From Deltaproteobacteria bacterium (lineage in GTDB: Bacteria > Desulfobacterota > Syntrophia > Syntrophales > JAIPED01): a stretch of DNA of 59,297 bases. The notes under the pieces were generated by a model, which saw only the letters and a list, made by a program, of their open reading frames with translations, made no database searches and was not told the origin of the DNA. The stretch covers positions 1 to 59,297 of the forward strand of contig JAIPED010000002.1 in NCBI GenBank assembly GCA_021737325.1, given 5' to 3'. Shown here in pieces: positions 1 through 8,385 of this stretch. Both the position numbers and the translations under genes were made by a program. The stretch's first letter is position 1. Each line of letters opens with the position of its first letter.

Positions 1-1274
1 GACAAACGGGTTTCTTCTCGGAAACGCTTGGAGTGATACGAAGTTAAATCAATGTTCTCATAATCGTCGCTCCGTTTGCCCTCGAAAACGATGATATATT
101 CTTTGGCGATATCCTCGGCAATTCCAATATCGCTCAAACTCGTGAACACATAGCCGATATTCAATTCGGGATTTTTGTAGTGGTGGTGTTCCGGCATACG
201 CATAATGCGTCCGATTGTCTGAATAGAAAACACCATGCTTTTCCATTCGCGGAACAAAACCAAAATTGCGGCGCGAGGACAATCCCAACCGACCGCTATA
301 GCTTGCTTGAAAATCATTACCTCAACTTCGTTTTCGTCTTTCTCTATATTTTCAAGATTGATCTTACTGTCTTTGTCAGAAAGATAAATCGCCAACCGTC
401 CGTTTTCCGTAGTAATGCCGTATTTGCCAAGCAACTGTACCACTGAATCTTTTTTATCAATCAGCCCTTTACGGCTGTCGGGAATTTGAATCAGCATAAG
501 CGGATTAACATTTGATCCTGCCGCATCGTATAATTTAGCAAGTTCGGCGCGCTTCTTTAGCCCAGCCTCAACGACAATCTCATCAGCCGTTTTGTCCGCA
601 AGTTTTTTGTCCAGCTTAAAATTTTCAAAGCCCGGATTGATAACAATTTCTTTCTTTATCATTCCCTCGTCTTTTACATCTTTAAGTTCCACTTCCACGC
701 CACGAAATATGTCTTTAAGTTGCGGCGTAGCTGATACTTCAATCGTTATTTTTGGGCCAATGTCTTCAATGAGCTCTTTTGATTTGTCCGTTTCCGCGTT
801 GCGGTGGCTTTCATCAATGACAAGGATAATAATCCGCCCTTCGTCTTTGGTGCGGGCGACTATGTTTGAAAGATTATTATTCCGTTCGTTCTCACGGACA
901 TAAATATTGCCTTTTTTGTTAATGCTCGCCCAGTTTAAAAACAAAATCTCGTTTTCGCCGATTTTCCTATCGTCTAAATCTTCAAAGTAGGAACATTTAA
1001 GGCCAATTCCGAGAGGGCCGTAATACTTTTTCAAGCTATTTCGGCTTTGGTCGTGCAGTTTATTGACGGCAATCCAGATAAAAGAAAACTTTTTACCGTC
1101 AATGCGCGAATCAATCAGTCGCTTTAGAAAATCAGCCATTATCAGCGTTTTGCCGGAGCCGGTCGGCGATTTGAAAATGCAGATTTTGTTTCCTTCCGCA
1201 TCCAAAAGATCGTTGACCTCTTGCTTCAACTTGACGATCGCCTTTTCTTGATAATTTTTGAATTCAATCCACAT
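1..1274 (-). CDS. res: Type III restriction enzyme Res subunit (SF2 helicase-nuclease), N-terminal ~424 aa; the 3' end lies beyond the left window edge
   Basis: An uninterrupted minus-strand frame runs from ATG 1274..1272 to position 1. It is absent from the ORF track because no stop falls in the window. The translation starts MWIEFKNYQEKAIVKLKQEV. It carries helicase motif I FKSPTGSGKT, motif II LVIDESHR, and later QTIGRIMRMP. It begins 5 nt after the reconstructed mod stop. Confidence 0.8.
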   Translation of the reverse strand, partial: MWIEFKNYQEKAIVKLKQEVNDLLDAEGNKICIFKSPTGSGKTLIMADFLKRLIDSRIDGKKFSFIWIAVNKLHDQSRNSLKKYYGPLGIGLKCSYFEDLDDRKIGENEILFLNWASINKKGNIYVRENERNNNLSNIVARTKDEGRIIILVIDESHRNAETDKSKELIEDIGPKITIEVSATPQLKDIFRGVEVELKDVKDEGMIKKEIVINPGFENFKLDKKLADKTADEIVVEAGLKKRAELAKLYDAAGSNVNPLMLIQIPDSRKGLIDKKDSVVQLLGKYGITTENGRLAIYLSDKDSKINLENIEKDENEVEVMIFKQAIAVGWDCPRAAILVLFREWKSMVFSIQTIGRIMRMPEHHHYKNPELNIGYVFTSLSDIGIAEDIAKEYIIVFEGKRSDDYENIDLTSYHSKRFREETRL

Positions 1275-1311
1275 AGTATTTATTTAAAAATCTCCCGATA
1301 TACTTTTAAGA

Positions 1312-2991
1312 TTACTTCGGGAATAGCGCAAAGTGTAACCTTGCTTTTGACATCGGCAAATTGTTTTTCGTGCGGGTCGTCGCCAAGCGAAAAAACATAA
1401 GTGTTAAAATGCCCCTTGATTTTTTAATCGCTTTTTTGAAATCATCTATCGCTTCCTCGTAAAAAACAATGCCGAGGTATTTATCGCTGTTTTTGAAAAT
1501 TTTAAAATCGCTTTCGTCCTGCACCAATTCAAAGGCGTTTTCACGAATACAAAGCATTTCCGTTGATTCATTAACAAGTTTCCGCTTGTTTCTGTCTGTC
1601 GGCTCGGCTTCCACAAAGTCGCAAGTGTAATACTTCAAATTGCCGCCAAGCCCAGCGACATTTTCGCCTTTTAGATTTTTATGTCCTTTTAAAACTTTCT
1701 TTATTCTAGGATAGCAAACTTCTGTACAAATATTATTCTCATTATTTGTGCAAAGAATGAACTGACGACTTCCCTTATCTTCTTGATTAAGGTCCAAAAC
1801 TGCATGTCCGGTTGTACCTGACCCTGCAAAAAAATCTAAAATAACAGCATTACTTTCTGCACCATATCTTAAAAAGAATTTTATTAACTCGGTTGGTTTT
1901 GGATTTTCAAAAATGTCTTTCTTGCCAAAAATTTCTGTCAATTCATTTGTCCCGTCTGCTGTCGTGGCTAAATCGTATAAAATGCTTCGTTCCTTAATTT
2001 TTTTTATAGTTTCTCCGTCAAAATAGATTTTTTCATAAGGAATCCAACGACCATTTTTTTCTTGCCAAAAGACTAGGTCTTTCTCAATCAACATATCCAT
2101 GCGCTTTTTGCCAACTCTCCAACGCCCATCTCCACCGTCTGGCGCAATAGGATAAATATTTTTACCGTTAGGAGCTTTGATTGGAAAATACATTTTGGGA
2201 CGGTCTTCTCTCCTTGCGGTATTGCCCCATTTTGCTAGTTTTACGGCAGTAAATTTTCCGCGTTCATCTTTTTTGTTAAATTCTGATTCACTAACTGGGA
2301 TTTCTTCATCTTTCCATGCAAAATTTTCTGATTTCGCATAAACAAGGATATATTCATGCTCTGTAACAAAGTATGAATCAGCTTGGCCGCCGCCTTCTTT
2401 TTTTCTCCATATCAACGCACCAACAAAATTTTTGTCTCCAAATATTTCATCGCACAAAAGTCTTAATGGTGCTTGTTCTATATTATCTATGCTTATAAAA
2501 ATGGCTCCTTCTGGTTTTAATAAATTTTTAGCAAGCTTTAACCTCTTTTCCATAACAGAGAGCCATTTACTGTGTCTAAATGGATCTTCGCTATCAACAA
2601 ATTTATCATTGTAGCGAAAATCATTTCCGCCTTTTACACCGCGGTTATACGGAGGATCAATGTAAATCAAATCAACAGCTTCTTGGTGCGTAAAATTCAA
2701 AACGGCAAGCGAATGATAATTGTCGCCTTCAATCAGCAGATTAACTGGCTTGCCTTTTTCGCCGTTTATTTCTTTGCCTTTAACTTCTTTCAAAATCGGA
2801 AACGGTTTGCCCGCCATTTCATTGGGGAACATTTCGCTCGGCGTTCGCGCGTCGGGATTGATGAGAATATCAATTTTTTCTTCCGGCAAGTTCCTATGCC
2901 AAACAAGGCCGTATTTCGTCTCTTTGATACGGCGAAGCTCTTTTATCAATTCCTCTTTTGACCAATTGTCGTAATTTATTTTTCTTGCCAT
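1312..2991 (-). CDS. mod: Type III (beta-class) DNA methyltransferase Mod subunit, with the C-terminus apparently frameshifted
   Basis: IYIDPPYN (motif IV) lies upstream of FFAGSGTTGHAV (motif I), which is the beta-class order typical of Type III Mod. The gene sits directly upstream of res on the same strand. The last 37 aa of the track ORF look out of frame (see finding). Confidence 0.85.
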   Translation of the reverse strand: MARKINYDNWSKEELIKELRRIKETKYGLVWHRNLPEEKIDILINPDARTPSEMFPNEMAGKPFPILKEVKGKEINGEKGKPVNLLIEGDNYHSLAVLNFTHQEAVDLIYIDPPYNRGVKGGNDFRYNDKFVDSEDPFRHSKWLSVMEKRLKLAKNLLKPEGAIFISIDNIEQAPLRLLCDEIFGDKNFVGALIWRKKEGGGQADSYFVTEHEYILVYAKSENFAWKDEEIPVSESEFNKKDERGKFTAVKLAKWGNTARREDRPKMYFPIKAPNGKNIYPIAPDGGDGRWRVGKKRMDMLIEKDLVFWQEKNGRWIPYEKIYFDGETIKKIKERSILYDLATTADGTNELTEIFGKKDIFENPKPTELIKFFLRYGAESNAVILDFFAGSGTTGHAVLDLNQEDKGSRQFILCTNNENNICTEVCYPRIKKVLKGHKNLKGENVAGLGGNLKYYTCDFVEAEPTDRNKRKLVNESTEMLCIRENAFELVQDESDFKIFKNSDKYLGIVFYEEAIDDFKKAIKKSRGILTLMFFRLATTRTKNNLPMSKARLHFALFPK

Positions 2992-2995
2992 AGGA

Positions 2996-3211
2996 TTATT
3001 TGATTAAATCATCAACGCCGACATTCAATGCTTTGGCGATTCTCGTTAGCGTTTCAATGGTTGGATTCGGGTTTGCGCCCGATTCGACCGTTACGACCGT
3101 GTTGAGCGACAAACCCGCCAGTTTGGACAGGAGGTCTTGCGAGATGCCTTTTTCTTGGCGCAATTTCTTTAGGTTTTTGCCGATCTTTGACTGGGGATTA
3201 TTGTTTGACAC
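2996..3211 (-). CDS. XRE-family helix-turn-helix regulator (controller-like protein of the R-M operon)
   Basis: 71 aa, with LKKLRQEKGISQDLLSKLAGLSLNTVVTVESG, a typical HTH_3/XRE pattern. It has a GTG start, and its stop lies 4 nt before the mod start. Confidence 0.75.
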   Translation of the reverse strand: MSNNNPQSKIGKNLKKLRQEKGISQDLLSKLAGLSLNTVVTVESGANPNPTIETLTRIAKALNVGVDDLIK

Positions 3212-3310
3212 AGCTCCTCACAATAGATGCCATTATAGCGGGCAGAAATTGTTTTTAGAATTCAAAAATCCCTTCAAAATCTTGGTTTCTGCCAATCCTG
3301 AGCGAAGCGA

Positions 3311-3330
3311 GGGCGAGGCAACCTCGCCCC
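3311..3330 (-). terminator. GC-rich hairpin (8-bp stem GGGCGAGG/CCTCGCCC, 4-nt loop) between tRNA-Ser(GGA) and the R-M island
   Basis: A perfect inverted repeat is visible in the sequence. No clear U-tract follows it on either strand, so terminator function is uncertain. Confidence 0.35.
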
Positions 3331-3350
3331 TAAACTCCAGTTTTGAAAAT

Positions 3351-3438
3351 TGGCGGAGAGAACAGGATTCGAACCTGCGTAGAGTTTCCCCTAACACGCT
3401 TTCCAAGCGTGCGCCTTCAGCCACTCGGCCATCTCTCC
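3351..3438 (-). tRNA. tRNA-Ser (anticodon GGA), 88 nt, CCA encoded
   Basis: The reverse complement folds as a class II tRNA. Acceptor stem is GGAGAGA/TCTCTCC and the T-arm is GCAGG-TTCGAAT-CCTGT. The anticodon stem-loop is CACGC-TTGGAAA-GCGTG. It has a long variable arm and ends GCCA. Confidence 0.93.
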
Positions 3439-3466
3439 GTTTTATGCGACACGGATATAAACCAAC

Positions 3467-3560
3467 TGGCGGAGAGAGGGGGATTCGAACCCCCGTGGGG
3501 GCTTTTGACCCCCAAACCGATTTCGAGTCGGTCCCGTTACGACCACTTCGGTACCTCTCC
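3467..3560 (-). tRNA. tRNA-Ser (anticodon CGA), 94 nt, CCA encoded
   Basis: Acceptor stem is GGAGAGG/TCTCTCC (one G-U pair) and the T-arm is GGGGG-TTCGAAT-CCCCC. The anticodon stem-loop is ACCGA-CTCGAAA-TCGGT. It has a long GC-rich variable arm. Confidence 0.93.
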
Positions 3561-3633
3561 GCATTGTGCAAGAACCAAACACCATAGGCTAGCTATCAAT
3601 AAAAAACCGCACAAAACCAAACGCATACAGAAG

Positions 3634-4134
3634 CTAGGCGCCGGGCGCGGGTATCCTTTTTTGTTGGAAAAATCCACTCAAAATTGCCGCACACTCTTCG
3701 CTGAGAACCCCGCCAGTTACGGCAATCTGGTGATTAAATAGCCCAGGGGTTAATAATTGCACCTTGGAGACCACACAACCGCCCTTGGGTTCAGTCGCGC
3801 CAAAGACCAAACGCTTGATGCGTGCGTGGAGCAAGGCACCAACGCACATGGCACAAGGCTCAATGGTTACATAGAGCGTTGTTGCGGTGAGGCGGTAGTT
3901 GCCCACAGCCTTGGCGGCTTTACGGAGGGCCAGGACCTCCGCATGTGCCGTGGGGTCGTTTTTGCTAATTGTTTGATTGTGGGCCTTGGCGGTGACTTTA
4001 CCGCCACAAACAGCAACCGCCCCAATGGGCACCTCATTTTTTTGCAATGCCCGCCGCGCTTCTTTTAGCGCCAGGCGAAGGTATTGCTCATCAATAGCAA
4101 CAACGCCGCCATCTTTACTTGTTTTTAACAACAT
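3634..4134 (-). CDS. tadA: tRNA-specific adenosine deaminase
   Basis: Zinc motifs HAEVLALRKA and PCAMCVGAL; about 166 aa. Confidence 0.9.
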   Translation of the reverse strand: MLLKTSKDGGVVAIDEQYLRLALKEARRALQKNEVPIGAVAVCGGKVTAKAHNQTISKNDPTAHAEVLALRKAAKAVGNYRLTATTLYVTIEPCAMCVGALLHARIKRLVFGATEPKGGCVVSKVQLLTPGLFNHQIAVTGGVLSEECAAILSGFFQQKRIPAPGA

Positions 4135-5482
4135 GTCGTAGTGGCGCGACCATTTCGGGAATGATCCTTTTTAAGAATTCCTTGCGGAAGAAGGGAATTT
4201 TCGTGAGCGCCATCATAATGACATTGCGGCGGCGAATTTTATGCTGTTTTTGGGGGAAATCATAATAGCCATGTTTTTTGTAATAGCGGTGATCCGCTTG
4301 AAAGACAAAGCGAAGCTTGCCATAAATTTCATCGCGAAAGACCTTTTTCCCCGCCACCGCCAAGAAGTTCGGTGGGGGAATGTAACCATGCGCTTGCGAT
4401 TGGGTAAGCAGGGTGCAGAGGTTATCCAACCGTTCATCAAGCGTGGCGCTATTAGCAACCTCGTCGCTAACAACATCCACCAAGTGAGCCTGCTGAAAGC
4501 CCGCATAGGCGGATAAAATGGTACGAATGTTGGATGTTTGTTGGAAGGGTCCCGTAACGATAAAAGCTAACTGTTTACCGATAAGCGTTGGGGTGTGCCC
4601 GTTAAAGAACGAACGGTCGATAAACTGCTTCCACCTTGCAGACAGGAAGCGATCTCGTACCCTCAGCGCCATAATAATGGTATCGGCGGTTTTGTAGGGA
4701 CCTTCATAAAACTCGCGGTACCCATCGCGATAGGAGCATTGGTTATCCAAACCACAAACGCAACAACCGATGCAGCCCCCGCGAATGTCCAGATCCTCCA
4801 GATAAAAAACTTCCGCCTTGCCGTTAAGGTTTGCCTGAACCCGTTCGATCATCTTCGCTAGATTACCTTCGTCCTTTTCCGCCAGGATAATGGTCCGTGA
4901 GGTTCCGTTATCTACCTGCCGTAAAAGTTTGCCAGGCTCATATGCCAAGGCAGGGGCAACAAGTGGTAAGAACGCAGGGGCGCAGGAAAAACCACTTGTT
5001 ACCGCGCCGAAGAAAAGGTTGGCGAAGGCTAACAATCGTTTTCGTTCCTTTCCCTGCATCAAATCAAACATCTCGGCAGAATAGTTGCCGATGTAACGCA
5101 TCTTCCAATCATCACAGATCGCCCGCAGATAATTATGGGCGGTGTCATCAAAAAAGTGAATAGAAGTGGAAATGGCAATGCAGGGCTTTCCTGCAAATGC
5201 GTTTTCCAAACCTTCTTCATTAATTAGCTCAATCCAGCGCTTGTATTGTGCAGGGACTAAAAGCACATACACGGGAAAAGACCAGATAACGGCATCGGCA
5301 TTCCTAATTTTTTCCACGCTAGCGTGGAGGGCTTCACGGTTTTTTTCTATCTTGGTGATTTCTACCGCGGCATTGATAACCTCAAAGTTGTGTTCGGGAA
5401 AATGCTTTTTGATGTAGTTGGTGTATTCCAGAGTAACTGAGTGCTTGGCCTTAGGGCTTCCGCTGATAACCGCGATATTCAT
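4115..5482 (-). CDS. Flavodoxin-like-fold NAD(P)H-dependent oxidoreductase with a central Cys cluster
   Basis: The N-terminus MNIAVISGSPKAKHSVT is typical of the FMN-reductase/flavodoxin_2 fold. A Cys-rich segment GGCIGCCVCGLDNQC is present. No precise family is recognised. Confidence 0.55.
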   Translation of the reverse strand: MNIAVISGSPKAKHSVTLEYTNYIKKHFPEHNFEVINAAVEITKIEKNREALHASVEKIRNADAVIWSFPVYVLLVPAQYKRWIELINEEGLENAFAGKPCIAISTSIHFFDDTAHNYLRAICDDWKMRYIGNYSAEMFDLMQGKERKRLLAFANLFFGAVTSGFSCAPAFLPLVAPALAYEPGKLLRQVDNGTSRTIILAEKDEGNLAKMIERVQANLNGKAEVFYLEDLDIRGGCIGCCVCGLDNQCSYRDGYREFYEGPYKTADTIIMALRVRDRFLSARWKQFIDRSFFNGHTPTLIGKQLAFIVTGPFQQTSNIRTILSAYAGFQQAHLVDVVSDEVANSATLDERLDNLCTLLTQSQAHGYIPPPNFLAVAGKKVFRDEIYGKLRFVFQADHRYYKKHGYYDFPQKQHKIRRRNVIMMALTKIPFFRKEFLKRIIPEMVAPLRHVVKNK

Positions 5483-5592
5483 AATCTCTCTCCTTGATCC
5501 GGCTGTATAGCTTGACAGCCAATGGGGCTTTTGTTAGCCCCGCATCCGCGATTAAGTCAACATCTTAAATGCTTTATGGGAGGAAAATAACG

Positions 5593-5877
5593 GTGATTTG
5601 TCAGACGATTAAAGAGGGGACGGAATGTTCTCTGATGTCCAAGGGTGGTTGTAAGTATATTGACGGAGCCTGCAAGCCGATTGTTGCCAATTGCGAAGGG
5701 TGCAACAAGGTTGTAACGGTCGCCGCGGGAAACTACTGCATGGTTTATCCCGAACCCGCAGGAAAGTGGGCCTACGGCATCTGCTCGTTGGCTTCCCATA
5801 TCAAGAAAGAAGTCAAAGAAACAGTTCAGAAGATCAATCCGCTCAAGGCTTCTAAGCGGGCCAACAAAAAGAAGTAG
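5593..5877 (+). CDS. Small cysteine-rich protein with a PxxKW motif
   Basis: Eight Cys residues, a PAGKW motif and a basic C-terminal tail. I prefer the GTG at 5593, 7 nt after GGAGGA, over the track start at 5569. Confidence 0.6.
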   Translation: MICQTIKEGTECSLMSKGGCKYIDGACKPIVANCEGCNKVVTVAAGNYCMVYPEPAGKWAYGICSLASHIKKEVKETVQKINPLKASKRANKKK

Positions 5878-5964
5878 TTCGTTAGCTCAAGAATCTGAGG
5901 GGCGGAATTGTGCGTTCCGCCCCTTTTTTATGGCACATGCGTTAAGCAAGGGAAACCAAGGGGT

Positions 5965-7461
5965 ATGGAAGTAATTCTCGCGGGGTATAACATTGACACC
6001 GAGCTTATGCCATCATTGGCGGAGGGGCAACGCGATGGCAGAACACTTCCGCAATTGACACCCGAAACGATCGCCGCGGCCTATGCCCGCATTAGCCGTT
6101 CGGAAAAACGGGTTGATGAGCTAAGGCAGGAAACAACAGTTCAGGTTGAGGCGGCAAGAAAGTCCAACTCGCGGATAGTATTTGATATGGGGCATAGCTC
6201 CATTGCGGAACACGCGGTTTTCAATATTGATGTTATTGGTGTTTCTCGTCTGTTGGTGGAAGATATTCAGCACTTTCGCCTCTGTTCTTTTACCGAAAAA
6301 TCGCAGCGCTATGTAACGCTTAATGGTGATTTTGTCGTACCGCAGGAAATCTTGGGTTCACCTTGGGAAAGCGAGTTTAGGGACATTGTCGCCGCCCAGA
6401 ATGATTTTTATTTTGCGGCAATAAAAATCCTCATTCCCCAAATGCTGGCGAAGCATTCTGCCATTGCCGCTACTCCTGCAGGGCGAACGAGCCTGGAAAT
6501 CAATGCGAAGGAAGATGCCCGCTATGTGTTGTCGTTAGCCACGCAATCTCAGATGGGCATGACCATCAACGCCCGTAACTTGGCATTGATGGTTCGCCGT
6601 CTCGGCGCGTTGCCAATGACGGAGGCGCAACAATTTTCCGCAAAACTGTTAGAGGTTGCCCAGGGTGTTGCGCCATCGTTGATCCGTTACACTGCCGTTA
6701 CCGAATACGATAAGGAAACTCGCAACTCGCTTGCGGAAGCCTTTGGGGCTGCGGATGTTGCTACATCCTCGCCAAGGAAGCGGTTGGTTAATTTACTCCT
6801 TGACCCGCGGAACGCTCCTACGGATGATGATTTATTGGCTACGCTCCTTTTTTCCTCTTCCTGCATGACGATGGAGGCTTGTCGTCGGGAGGTGGCCTCA
6901 ATGAGCGCCCTGCGAAAAAAACGGCTATTTGCCACCGCCTTTGCTAAAATGAATCCCTTTGATGCTCCCTTAAGAGAATTTGAAGCCTTGCCGCTGACAT
7001 TTGAGGTCATCGTCTCTGCGACTTGCTTTGCACAAATAAAAAGGCACCGCATGGCGAGTATCCACTGCCAGCCCTACGATACCTCGCTAGGGGTTACGGT
7101 ACCGCCCTCCATCAGGGAAGCGGGGTTAGAAAAGCAATTTATAGCCGTTATCAAGCGGACGGAAAATTTTTATCAGCGCTTACGCGAACAGCATCGTACA
7201 GTTGCTTCGTATATCCTCACCAACGCCCACCGCCGCCGCTTGTTGCTTGCCCTCAACGCCCGCGAACTTTATCATCTGAGCCGCTTACGCATGGATGAAC
7301 ACGCCCAGTGGGATATTCGTTTTATTACGACAGAGATGATTAAACAAGCGCGGCGCTTTTTGCCGCTAACGCTGATGATGGCGGGGGGCAAGGATGGTTT
7401 TGCCGCAATGAGGGAAAAGCTTCCCCCTGCTTATGAGCACGATTTAACTCGCCAGCGTTAG
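5965..7461 (+). CDS. thyX: FAD-dependent thymidylate synthase, tandem two-domain form
   Basis: There are two ThyX-like halves. The first has HFRLCSFTEKSQRY and the second has RHRMASIHCQPY. The start is taken at MEVILAGYN; the track ORF starts at 5908. Confidence 0.75.
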   Translation: MEVILAGYNIDTELMPSLAEGQRDGRTLPQLTPETIAAAYARISRSEKRVDELRQETTVQVEAARKSNSRIVFDMGHSSIAEHAVFNIDVIGVSRLLVEDIQHFRLCSFTEKSQRYVTLNGDFVVPQEILGSPWESEFRDIVAAQNDFYFAAIKILIPQMLAKHSAIAATPAGRTSLEINAKEDARYVLSLATQSQMGMTINARNLALMVRRLGALPMTEAQQFSAKLLEVAQGVAPSLIRYTAVTEYDKETRNSLAEAFGAADVATSSPRKRLVNLLLDPRNAPTDDDLLATLLFSSSCMTMEACRREVASMSALRKKRLFATAFAKMNPFDAPLREFEALPLTFEVIVSATCFAQIKRHRMASIHCQPYDTSLGVTVPPSIREAGLEKQFIAVIKRTENFYQRLREQHRTVASYILTNAHRRRLLLALNARELYHLSRLRMDEHAQWDIRFITTEMIKQARRFLPLTLMMAGGKDGFAAMREKLPPAYEHDLTRQR

Positions 7462-7499
7462 CCTCGGCATGAAGACGAGCCATGGCTATCTGTAATCGC

Positions 7500-8357
7500 T
7501 TAGCGGTTAGGTGTTCTGGCGAGCTGCATTCGGACATTCTCAATATCGGCGCTTTTCTTGAAAAGAACCCCTAAAAAAGGCGCCTTACCCGCCTTTAGGT
7601 CATCCGCATTAAAGCTTTTATCCGTCTGCAAAGCACGAATCCAATTAATCAACTCTCTGGTGGCGGGCTTTTTTTCCACGCCACCCAACTCGCGGAGGCG
7701 GTAGAATGTTTTGAGGCAAGAGGCGGCTATTTCGCTGCTCAATGACGGAAAATGGGTTGCGACAATCTCTCGCATCGTTGCGGGAGAAGGGAAGGCGATA
7801 TGATGAAAAATACACCTACCCAAAAAAGGATCGGAGAGGTCCTTTTTAGCGTTGGAGGTGATGATAATAACAGGGCGCTGTTGTGCCTTAATAGTGCGAT
7901 CAATCTCAATGATATCAAAAGACATTTGATCCAAAACATCAAGCATGTCGTCTTGAAAATCCGTATCCGCTTTGTCAATTTCATCAATGAGCAAAACCGT
8001 GCGTTCGGTGGCGGTAAAGGCCTGGCCAATCTTTCCCATCTTGATATAATTCTCAATGTTGCTGACATCCCGCTTGGAATCGCCAAAGCGGCTGTCATTT
8101 AATCTGGTAAGGGTGTCGTACTGATATAGCGCGTCAATGAGCTTCATGGATGATTTTACATTAAGAATGACCAATGGCATGCGCATACTCTTGGCGATAG
8201 CATAAGCGAGCATTGTTTTTCCCGTGCCCGGCTCTCCCTTAAGCAACAAGGGCATTTCCAGCGCCATGGCAATGTTCATAATGCCCGCAAGTTCTTCATC
8301 CAAGATGTAGCGGGATTCTTCCCGTATTTGTTCTCTGGTCTGCTCCATAATTGCCAT
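7500..8357 (-). CDS. MoxR/CbbQ-like AAA+ ATPase
   Basis: Walker A GEPGTGKT and Walker B LLIDEIDK; 285 aa. Confidence 0.8.
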   Translation of the reverse strand: MAIMEQTREQIREESRYILDEELAGIMNIAMALEMPLLLKGEPGTGKTMLAYAIAKSMRMPLVILNVKSSMKLIDALYQYDTLTRLNDSRFGDSKRDVSNIENYIKMGKIGQAFTATERTVLLIDEIDKADTDFQDDMLDVLDQMSFDIIEIDRTIKAQQRPVIIITSNAKKDLSDPFLGRCIFHHIAFPSPATMREIVATHFPSLSSEIAASCLKTFYRLRELGGVEKKPATRELINWIRALQTDKSFNADDLKAGKAPFLGVLFKKSADIENVRMQLARTPNR

Positions 8358-8385
8358 CGCCGTTCTTCTTCCTCACTATTCTTCA

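Noticed and set aside
3467-3560. The long (94-nt) tRNA as a possible tRNA-Sec (selC), given the selenoprotein genes in the window.
   Set aside because: The anticodon loop reads CTCGAAA, giving anticodon CGA (Ser) rather than UCA. The acceptor stem is the ordinary 7 bp. It is a class II tRNA-Ser.
3000-3741. Track ORFs 3000..3587(+), 3233..3571(-) and 3343..3741(+) that span the tRNA region.
   Set aside because: They overlap two well-folding tRNA-Ser genes and the HTH gene in antisense. Their translations are low-complexity, Arg/Ser/Pro-rich read-through of structured RNA. I treat them as artefacts.
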